Below are positions 54,741-62,371 of a stretch of 64,000 bases of DNA, one piece after another. Origin of the DNA: Longimicrobiales bacterium. Its GTDB lineage: Bacteria; Gemmatimonadota; Gemmatimonadetes; Longimicrobiales; Gaopeijiaceae. The translations under genes and the position numbers were made by a program. Location of the stretch: positions 2,336,001 through 2,400,000 of the forward strand of contig CBDBCF010000001.1 in assembly GCA_965202985.1 (NCBI GenBank), in the 5' to 3' direction. The first letter of the stretch is position 1. Each line of letters opens with the position of its first letter. The notes below the pieces were generated by a model. It did not search any database and was not told where the DNA came from. It worked only from the letters and a program-made list of their open reading frames with translations.

Positions 54741-56749
54741 TACATCAACAGGGCTCGCCACGGCGTGGTCCCGGCCGCGCCATCCCGTGCCGCAGGAGGA
54801 CGCCGATCTCAATTTCCCGTCGGGACGCTGGACCCGCGTTGCGCCCGTCCGCCAGAACGCCGTGCCGCGCCGCCAGGACGCAGCGCCACGCTGCCTGTAC
54901 CACACGCCGCGCCGCTTGTACCGCACGCCGCGCCGCCCGTGCCCCATGTCGTGTCGCCTGGACCGTGCGTCGCGTCGCCTGTGCAACCGCAACCGCCTTG
55001 GCCGTCGCAGCCGTTCCGGCGCCCGCCGCCGCAATTTCGGCCGTCGCGACGCCGACCCAGGCCGTCGCCGCACAGTCCGACTCCGCCGGCATTCCCGTTC
55101 GCGACCAGGGCGTGATCGACGCCTGCCAGCGCTGTCACGCGGTGGACGACGCCGGACGGATGAGCCGCGTCTCCTTCATGCGCAAGACGCCCGAGGGGTG
55201 GCAGCAGTCGATCCGCCGCATGGTGACCCTAAACGACATGGAGCTGGACCCGGAGGTCGCCCGACGCATCGTCCGCTACCTGTCCGACCATCACGGGCTG
55301 GCCCCCGAGGAGCTCGAACCCGGCCGGTTCGAGGTCGAACGTCGCCTGATCGAGTGGACCTACGAGGCGGACAAGGACGTCGCGTACACGTGCAGCCGCT
55401 GCCACTCCATGGGCCGAGTCGTCACGCAGCGCCGCACCAAGGAGGAGTGGGAGCTCCTCATGGCCATGCACCGGGGCTACTACCCGTTGTCGGACACGCA
55501 AGGCTTTCGGCGGATCGGCCCGCCGCCCCCGGACGCCACCGACACGCGCCATCCCATGGACAAGGCGGTGGCCCACTTCGCCCAGGCGTTCCCGCTGGAG
55601 ACGCCCGAATGGACGGCTTGGTCGGCCACGATGCGCCCGCCTCGACTGGAGGGAACGTGGGCGTTCCGAGGGCACGACCCCGGCCGCGGACCGATCTACG
55701 GGACCGTCTCGATCTCGGCGGGCGACGACTCGTCCAGCTTCTTCACCGAATCGTCCTATGTGAACGCCCGCACCGGCGTCGCATCGAGGGGTGCCGGGCG
55801 TGCGGTTGTCTACACCGGCTACCAGTGGCGCGGTAGGTCGTTCACCGGCCGGCCCCAGGGCGCGGGCAACGCCAACGCCGCCCCCGACGCGGCGCTGCGC
55901 GAAGTCATGATGGTGGACCGCAGCCGGGCCGAGATCACCGGCCGCTGGTTCCGGGGCGCGTACGACGAGTTCGGGCCGGACGTGACCTTGGTGCGCGCCG
56001 ACGGACCTGTCCTGCTGGGCCTCTACCCGGTGTCGGCCCGCACGGGGGCTCGCGACGTGAGCGTGCGCATCTACGGCGCCGACTTGGCGGACATGGGCGC
56101 GCCGGAGACGGGGCCCAGCGCGGTGGACATGGGACCGGGAGTGGATGTGCTCGCGGTTGAAGCGGGCGAAGGCGACTTCGTGCTGGCCAGGGTTGCCGTG
56201 GACGAGGACGCCGCCCCCGGCGCGCGCGACGTGTACGTGAACGGACGAGCCGTGCCCGGCGCCTTCACCGTGTACCGCCAAGTGGACCGGATCGCGGTCG
56301 AGCCCCGTGCCGGGATGGCGCGGCTGGGAGGCGGCGCCCACTTCCCCAAGGGATACGCGCAGTTCCAGGCCACGGCGTTCGCCAACGGCCCCGACGGCAA
56401 GCCCGAGACCGCGGACGACTTGGACTTGGGCCAGGCCGACGTGACTTGGTCGCTGGAAGAGTACGCCGCCGTCTTTGACGACGACGACCTGGAGTACGTC
56501 GGAACGCTCGACCAGGACGGCCTCTTCGAGCCGGCGCTGGACGGCCCCAACCCGCGCCGCTCGGGCGAACGCAACAACGTGGGCGACGTGTGGGTGGTCG
56601 CGACCTACCAAGGCCCGGGCGACAACGAAGTGCGAGGCCGCGCGCACTTGGTGGTCACCGTTCCCTTGTACATGCGCTGGGAGCCGTGGCGCGTCCAACA
56701 GACCTGGCCGCCCCCGCCTCCGCCCCCGCCCCGGAGCACGGGACGATGA
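54737..56749 (+). CDS. qhpA: Quinohemoprotein amine dehydrogenase alpha subunit (di-heme c)
   Basis: CQRCH and CSRCH heme motifs, RKTPEGW, QRRTKEEW, VYTGYQWRG and GPNPRR...NNVG...LVVTVP. The true start is probably downstream (e.g. GTG 54965 before the signal peptide). Confidence 0.9.
   Translation: MIHQQGSPRRGPGRAIPCRRRTPISISRRDAGPALRPSARTPCRAARTQRHAACTTRRAACTARRAARAPCRVAWTVRRVACATATALAVAAVPAPAAAISAVATPTQAVAAQSDSAGIPVRDQGVIDACQRCHAVDDAGRMSRVSFMRKTPEGWQQSIRRMVTLNDMELDPEVARRIVRYLSDHHGLAPEELEPGRFEVERRLIEWTYEADKDVAYTCSRCHSMGRVVTQRRTKEEWELLMAMHRGYYPLSDTQGFRRIGPPPPDATDTRHPMDKAVAHFAQAFPLETPEWTAWSATMRPPRLEGTWAFRGHDPGRGPIYGTVSISAGDDSSSFFTESSYVNARTGVASRGAGRAVVYTGYQWRGRSFTGRPQGAGNANAAPDAALREVMMVDRSRAEITGRWFRGAYDEFGPDVTLVRADGPVLLGLYPVSARTGARDVSVRIYGADLADMGAPETGPSAVDMGPGVDVLAVEAGEGDFVLARVAVDEDAAPGARDVYVNGRAVPGAFTVYRQVDRIAVEPRAGMARLGGGAHFPKGYAQFQATAFANGPDGKPETADDLDLGQADVTWSLEEYAAVFDDDDLEYVGTLDQDGLFEPALDGPNPRRSGERNNVGDVWVVATYQGPGDNEVRGRAHLVVTVPLYMRWEPWRVQQTWPPPPPPPPRSTGR
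54880..54990 (+). repeat. Degenerate 21-bp tandem repeat upstream of or within the qhpA 5' end
   Basis: CACGCCGCGCCGC(T/C)TGTACC-like units, about 4-5 copies. Confidence 0.55.
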
Positions 56750-58176
56750 CGACGTTGCTTGCCCAGCGCGAGTTCCACCCCTTCGAGGCCGCCGGCGAGA
56801 CGTTCGTCTACCTGGTGCCGTCCGCGGGCGTGTTTCACTTGGACGACGTGTCGCGCGCGGTCTTGGAGGCACTTGACCACGGCCCGGCCAGCGAAGACGA
56901 CTTGGTCCGGGCGCTGGGGGATCGCTTCGGGGCCGACGCCGTGCGAAGCAGCGTGGCCGAACTGTTGCGCGTGCGTGCCGCCGGCCCCTCGACGGCGCCC
57001 CCGGACCAGACGCCCCGCGTCCTGCCCCAAGCCGGCTTTCCGCTCACGACGCTGGTGCTCAACGTCACCAACAAGTGCAACTTGGCCTGCACCTACTGCT
57101 ATGAATACGGCGAGGACAAGATCGTGGACACGGCGTGCGACCCCGCTCCCGCCTACATGAGCGAAGAGACGGCGCGCAAGAGCGTGGACTTCATGTTCGA
57201 GCAGTCGGGCGCGCTGCCGGTGGCCCACTTGACGTTCTTCGGGGGCGAAACGCTGCTCAACTTCAAGGTCCTCCGGAAGACGCTGGCCTACGCCAAGCGC
57301 AAGGCCGCCGAGGCGGGCAAGGAAGTCGACTTTTCCCTGACCACGAACGCCACCCTGTTGCGCGAAGAGGTCGTGGAGTGGCTGGCCGAGAACCACGTGG
57401 GCGTGACCGTCAGCATCGACGGCCCCAAGGATGCGCAAGACAAATTCCGCGTCTTCAAGAACGGGGCCGGCACCTACGACTACGTGCTGCCCAAGATCAA
57501 GATGCTCCTGGAGCGCCACCGCTCTCGGCCGATCGGTGCCCGCGTGACACTGACCCGCCACACCTTGGACGCCACGCGCATCTTCCGCCACTTGCGCGAC
57601 GAAGTCGGGTTCTGGGAGGTAGGCTTCGCGCCCGTCACCACTGCCGGAGGCCGGGGATACGCCATCGAGGACACGGGATTCGACCGCATGTTGGAGCAGT
57701 TCGAAGCGCTGGCGGCCGATTTCCTGGAGTACGCCGTCGACAATCGCCACCACGGCTTCTCCAACGTGAAGGACACGCTGGAGGAGATTCACAAGGGCGT
57801 CAGCAAGGCGTTTCCCTGCGGCGCCGGCTTGGGCCTCATGGGCGTGGCCACCGACGGCGACGTGGCGCTTTGCCACCGCTTCGCCGGCTCCGACGACCAC
57901 AGCATCGGCTCCGTGCACGAAGGCGTGGACCGCAAGCGCCAGTTCGAGTTCCTGGGACGCCATCACGTGGCCCACAAGACCGATTGCAGCCGGTGCTGGG
58001 CGCGTCCCTTGTGCGCCGGCGGCTGCTACCACGAGGCCCACGTGCGCTACGGCGACACGGGCAAGGCCAACCTTCACTACTGCGACTGGATACGAAGCTG
58101 GACGGACACCTGTCTCAAGGTCTACGGCGAAATCGCCGTCAAGAACCCGACGTACCTGCGGCAGTTCGACGCATGA
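56746..58176 (+). CDS. qhpD: Radical SAM/SPASM thioether-forming maturase of QHNDH
   Basis: N-terminal RRE-like domain, CNLACTYC, FFGGE, SIDG, and SPASM CGAG...CHRF...CSRCWARPLCAGGC...C. Confidence 0.92.
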   Translation: MTTLLAQREFHPFEAAGETFVYLVPSAGVFHLDDVSRAVLEALDHGPASEDDLVRALGDRFGADAVRSSVAELLRVRAAGPSTAPPDQTPRVLPQAGFPLTTLVLNVTNKCNLACTYCYEYGEDKIVDTACDPAPAYMSEETARKSVDFMFEQSGALPVAHLTFFGGETLLNFKVLRKTLAYAKRKAAEAGKEVDFSLTTNATLLREEVVEWLAENHVGVTVSIDGPKDAQDKFRVFKNGAGTYDYVLPKIKMLLERHRSRPIGARVTLTRHTLDATRIFRHLRDEVGFWEVGFAPVTTAGGRGYAIEDTGFDRMLEQFEALAADFLEYAVDNRHHGFSNVKDTLEEIHKGVSKAFPCGAGLGLMGVATDGDVALCHRFAGSDDHSIGSVHEGVDRKRQFEFLGRHHVAHKTDCSRCWARPLCAGGCYHEAHVRYGDTGKANLHYCDWIRSWTDTCLKVYGEIAVKNPTYLRQFDA

Positions 58177-58204
58177 ACGCGCGCCTGCACCAAGGAGTCG
58201 AGCG

Positions 58205-58612
58205 ATGGAGCACTTGAAAGCAGTCAACCGGAAGGCCGAGCGCATACGCAGCTTCACGGCGGGGGCCGGCGGCGAGGCGGATGCCGTCGGCGCGGATGCC
58301 GTCGGGGTCGAAGGCGCGGACGCGGCCCAGGACGCCTTGGATGTGCAGGCGCTTGAAAGCGGGCCGCCCGCGCCGCTGGGACCGCACATCCCGCTGGGTT
58401 GCTCGTTGGTGTTCGCGCCCGGCTGGGAGGTGGACTCCAGCGGCGGCACCGCCGGGCTCTGCCAGCCGGTGGAGCGCGACCTGTTCGACTGTCACCTGGC
58501 GTGCTTCTGGCCGGCCCATGTGCCCGACCAGCTGAACCACGCGCCGGACTGGACAGGCAAGTGCGCGTCCGCCCAGAAGGACTGGCGCAAGATCGACCTG
58601 ATTTTCCCGTGA
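58205..58612 (+). CDS. qhpC: Quinohemoprotein amine dehydrogenase gamma subunit (CTQ precursor)
   Basis: Leader MEHLKAVNRKA, then core GCSLVFAPGWEVD...LCQPVERDLFDCHLACFWPAHVPD...DWRK with canonical Cys/Glu/Asp/Trp spacing. Confidence 0.93.
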   Translation: MEHLKAVNRKAERIRSFTAGAGGEADAVGADAVGVEGADAAQDALDVQALESGPPAPLGPHIPLGCSLVFAPGWEVDSSGGTAGLCQPVERDLFDCHLACFWPAHVPDQLNHAPDWTGKCASAQKDWRKIDLIFP

Positions 58613-59784
58613 CGGGTTTCGCCGCCCGCCGTCCGTCGGGCGTCCAAGCTTTGGTGCTGTTGCTGGGCGCCGGGGCTGCGGCGGCACTGGCCGCCCCGGT
58701 CGGAATGGTCGTGCCCGACGCCCTGGCCGCCCAGGCCCAGGAAGCCCCCAGAAGCGGCGGCGCAGGCACGATCTACTGGGCCGGCTACGACCATGCCATC
58801 CACGTCATCGACGAGCGCACGCTGGACGTGGTGGACAAGATCCCGGTCACGACGGGGATCCCCATCGGTCTGACCTTGTCGTCCGGCCGAGACCGCTTGT
58901 ACGTGCGCGACGCCGAGTTCGAGGAGATCGAGGTCGTGGACCTGGCCGCGCGCAAGTCCACCGGCAGCTTCACGTTGAGCCGAGGCCGATCCAAGGTGCG
59001 CATCTGGGGCTTCACCGTCGATCCCAACGAAGACTTCGCCGTCTTGACCACGATCCGCTACACCAAGCGCATCGACCGCTGGGAGATAGACGACCCCGTG
59101 ATGCTCAAGTACGACCTTCGGCGGGGCGAAGTCGCCGACACGATCCCCTGGCCGTCGGGCGAAGAGCGAGAACGCGCGCGCCTCATGTTCTCTCCGGGCG
59201 GCGAATACTTGTACTTCTTCGGCAGGGACGTGCTGGTCCTCGAGACGGAAAACTTCACCGAAGCCGACCGTTGGGAGCTGTCGCGCCCCATCGAGGACGG
59301 GCTGGGCCGCTTCAGCTTCGGCTTCCCGACCAGCCTTCACGACGAACCCGGCTTTCACACGGGCCTCTTCTCGTTCACCGATCCGGTGCAGAACCGCAGC
59401 ATGATGGGCATTGCCCGCGTCGACTTGGCCAACAAGCAGTTCGACTTCTTCACCTTGGGACCGCGCCGGCGCGTGAGCTTCGAGCTGGCCCCCGGCGGCG
59501 ACAAGGCGTACGGCCTGGTGCAGCAGATCGGCAACTACGAGTTCTGGACGTTCGACTTGGAGGGCAGGCGAGTGGAGAGCCGACACCGCTTCCCCGGCCG
59601 TCCCCGAATGGCCTTGGAGGTCAGCTCGAACGGCGAACTCCTTTACGTGTACAATGCGGGCGCGACAATAGACGTCTACGACGCCGACACCTACGAACTC
59701 CTGCGAACCGTCGTCTACGACGCCGACATGACCGACTTCGTCATGATCCCGGAGGGCATGGGCGCCGGCCCCGCAGCACGCTGA
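58609..59784 (+). CDS. qhpB: Quinohemoprotein amine dehydrogenase beta subunit (YVTN-type beta-propeller)
   Basis: GTGA overlap with qhpC, signal peptide, beta-propeller strands, IDVYDADTYELL. Position in the cluster. Confidence 0.75.
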   Translation: MTGFAARRPSGVQALVLLLGAGAAAALAAPVGMVVPDALAAQAQEAPRSGGAGTIYWAGYDHAIHVIDERTLDVVDKIPVTTGIPIGLTLSSGRDRLYVRDAEFEEIEVVDLAARKSTGSFTLSRGRSKVRIWGFTVDPNEDFAVLTTIRYTKRIDRWEIDDPVMLKYDLRRGEVADTIPWPSGEERERARLMFSPGGEYLYFFGRDVLVLETENFTEADRWELSRPIEDGLGRFSFGFPTSLHDEPGFHTGLFSFTDPVQNRSMMGIARVDLANKQFDFFTLGPRRRVSFELAPGGDKAYGLVQQIGNYEFWTFDLEGRRVESRHRFPGRPRMALEVSSNGELLYVYNAGATIDVYDADTYELLRTVVYDADMTDFVMIPEGMGAGPAAR

Positions 59785-61577
59785 CGACGCAGGAATCGCC
59801 CACGGGACGCGCCCCGAAGCACCCGCACCTGCGCCGCGGACTGGCCTACGTTCAACCCTACGCCGGCCGACTGGCGGTCATAGCGGTCTTGAACTTGGCG
59901 GGCACCGCCTTGGCCCTCTACGTGCCCTATCTGTCCAAGGCGCTGGTGGACGACGCCCTGCTGGGCCGCGACTTGGGCGCGCTCGGGCGGGTCGTTGCGA
60001 TCTTTGCGGCGGTCACGCTGGCCAGCTTCGCGCTGAACGTGGTCAGCGGGCTGCGCTACACGAAGGTGTCCGCGGCGATCCTCTTCGACATGCGGCTCGC
60101 AGTGTACCGGCATTTGCAGCGCTTGTCGCCCCGGTTCTTTGCGCGTGCGCCAATGGGCGACGTCATGTCGCGCATCAACAACGACGTGGGCGAAGTGCAG
60201 CGCGTGCTGGCGGACCTGGTGCTGGCGTGGCTGGGACACGCGGCGTTCCTGACGGGCACCGTGTTCATGCTGGCGTGGCTGGACTGGCGTCTCTTCCTGG
60301 CGGCGGCGGCCGTGTTGCCGGCGGCGGTTTGGACGCTTGTGCGCTATCGGCGGCGGCTGGAAGTGCGGGTTCGCGTCATGCGCGAGCGCAGCGCCGAGAT
60401 CGGAAGCTTCCTGCTGGAGACGTTGCGGGCTGCGCGCGTCGTGGCTGCGTTCAACGCCCAGGAACGCGAGGCGCGCCGCTTCCGTCGCCGCAACGACGCC
60501 TTCGTGCGCGCGCTCGTGGCCATGCAGCGCTTGCGCTATCTGGCCGGGGGCGTTCCCGGGCTGCTGCTGTCGGCGGGCGCTGCCGTGGTGTTCCTGTACG
60601 GCGGCGTGCGCGTGATCGACGGGGCCATGACGCTGGGCGACTTCACCGCGTTCATGGCCTATCAAGTGCGCTTGGCGGGGCCTGTCCAGGGCTTGATGGG
60701 ACTGTATGCGGGCCTGGCGGCGGCCCGCGTCTCGCTGCGGCGCGTCCACGAGTTGATGGACGAGCCCGTGGAGGTCGCCGAGGCCGCGCGGCCCCAGCGG
60801 CTGGGGTCGGTTCGCGGCGAAGTGGCGTTCGAGGACGTGTGGTGTGGCCACGGCAGGGGCGGCCCCGTGCTGGAGGACTTTCGCTTGGCGGTTGCCCCCG
60901 GCGAGGTGGTGGCTCTCGCGGGCGCTTCCGGGAGCGGCAAGTCCACCGTGGCGGCCCTGCTGGTGCGCCATCTGGACCCGGACCGCGGGCGAGTCCTGCT
61001 GGACGGCGCCGACGTCCGCCGGATCGCCTTGACCGAACTGCGAGCGAGCGTGTCGGTCGTGGAGCAGAACCCCTTCGTCTTCAACGCCTCGATCTTGGAG
61101 AACGTTCGGTACGCCCGCCCCGACGCCGACAACGCCCAGGTCGTGGACGCCGTTGAGCGCGCCGGGCTGGGCGACTTCGTGGCCGCTCTGCCCCAGGGGC
61201 TGGACACGGAGGTGGGCGAGCGCGGCGAAGCCCTGTCGGCGGGAGAACGGCAGCGCATGGCGATCGCTCGGGCGTTGCTGGCCGACCCCGCCGTGCTGGT
61301 GCTGGACGAGGCCACGAGCGCCTTGGAACCTGCCGCCGAAGCCCGCGTGGCCGACGCATACGGCCAAGCCATGCAAGGCCGCACCACGCTGTTGATCACG
61401 CACCGTCCCAGCTTGATCGAGCGGGCGGACCGCGTGGTCGTGCTGGCGGGCGGGCGGGCCGTGGAGGAGGGGCCGCCCCGCGAGCTGGCCCGTCGCGGGC
61501 GCGCCTTCCAGGCCGTGTTCGGACGAACTGCATCGCCGCCATCGTCCCCGTCGTCGCCGCAAGTCGTCCGGCGGTGA
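59781..61577 (+). CDS. qhpF: ABC exporter (fused TMD-NBD), QhpF-like
   Basis: Six-TM domain (GDVMSRINND), GASGSGKST, LSAGERQR and VLDEAT. Start uncertain: a CTG at 59781 overlaps the qhpB stop. Confidence 0.85.
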   Translation: MTTQESPTGRAPKHPHLRRGLAYVQPYAGRLAVIAVLNLAGTALALYVPYLSKALVDDALLGRDLGALGRVVAIFAAVTLASFALNVVSGLRYTKVSAAILFDMRLAVYRHLQRLSPRFFARAPMGDVMSRINNDVGEVQRVLADLVLAWLGHAAFLTGTVFMLAWLDWRLFLAAAAVLPAAVWTLVRYRRRLEVRVRVMRERSAEIGSFLLETLRAARVVAAFNAQEREARRFRRRNDAFVRALVAMQRLRYLAGGVPGLLLSAGAAVVFLYGGVRVIDGAMTLGDFTAFMAYQVRLAGPVQGLMGLYAGLAAARVSLRRVHELMDEPVEVAEAARPQRLGSVRGEVAFEDVWCGHGRGGPVLEDFRLAVAPGEVVALAGASGSGKSTVAALLVRHLDPDRGRVLLDGADVRRIALTELRASVSVVEQNPFVFNASILENVRYARPDADNAQVVDAVERAGLGDFVAALPQGLDTEVGERGEALSAGERQRMAIARALLADPAVLVLDEATSALEPAAEARVADAYGQAMQGRTTLLITHRPSLIERADRVVVLAGGRAVEEGPPRELARRGRAFQAVFGRTASPPSSPSSPQVVRR

Positions 61578-62371
61578 GCGTCCGAGTCTGCGTCGATTCG
61601 CCCCCGCTGGCCGGCTTGTCCGGCACGGGCGTGTCGGTGGCCGTCGTCGACAGCGGCGCGAACCCGGACAACCCTCATGTGGGAAGGGTGGCGGGCGGCG
61701 TGGGCATCGAGCTCTCCGGCGCGCCGTCGGCGGACTGGGTGGACCGCCTGGGCCACGGTACCGCCGTGTTCGCGGCAATCCAGGAGAAGGCGCCCCAAGC
61801 CGAGCTCTACGCGGTGCGCGTGTTCCGCCGTCAGCTGGCAACCAGCGTTCGGGCGCTGGCGGGGGCGCTCGACTGGGCGGCCGAGCAGGGTGCCGGCTTG
61901 GTGAACATGAGCCTGGGCACGCCTAGGGAAGAACAGGCGGCGCATTTGGCGGCGGCCCTGGAGCGGCTCGCGGTGGCGGGCGGCGTGGTGGTGGCAGCCG
62001 TGCGGTCGGAGGGACAGCGATGGTGGCCCGGTACGCTGCCGGCAGCGCTTGGCGTCGTTGCGGACCCCGACTGCCCCCGCGGATGCGTGGACATCCGAAC
62101 CACCCAATCGGGCCGTCGGTTCGTGGCCGCCTCGCCCTATCCGCGACCGATCCCCGGCGTTCCCGTCGAGCGGAACCTCAAGGGAACCAGCTTCGCGGTC
62201 GCCAACGCAACCGGGCTCGTCGCCCGCGCCCTGGAAGGCTTCTCCGGCCGAATCGACCGCAAAGCCGTTCTGGATCGTCTGGGATCAAGAAACCAAGTCC
62301 TTGATGCGTCCCCTGGTCCCCAGTTCCGTGCTTGCTCCAGAAGCAAGCCGTCGCCACATTCCAGGCCATGA
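61574..62371 (+). CDS. qhpE: Subtilisin-like S8 serine protease (QhpE leader peptidase)
   Basis: VAVVDSG, GHGTAV, VNMSLG and GTSFA catalytic motifs. No signal or pro-peptide. Confidence 0.85.
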   Translation: MSVRVCVDSPPLAGLSGTGVSVAVVDSGANPDNPHVGRVAGGVGIELSGAPSADWVDRLGHGTAVFAAIQEKAPQAELYAVRVFRRQLATSVRALAGALDWAAEQGAGLVNMSLGTPREEQAAHLAAALERLAVAGGVVVAAVRSEGQRWWPGTLPAALGVVADPDCPRGCVDIRTTQSGRRFVAASPYPRPIPGVPVERNLKGTSFAVANATGLVARALEGFSGRIDRKAVLDRLGSRNQVLDASPGPQFRACSRSKPSPHSRP

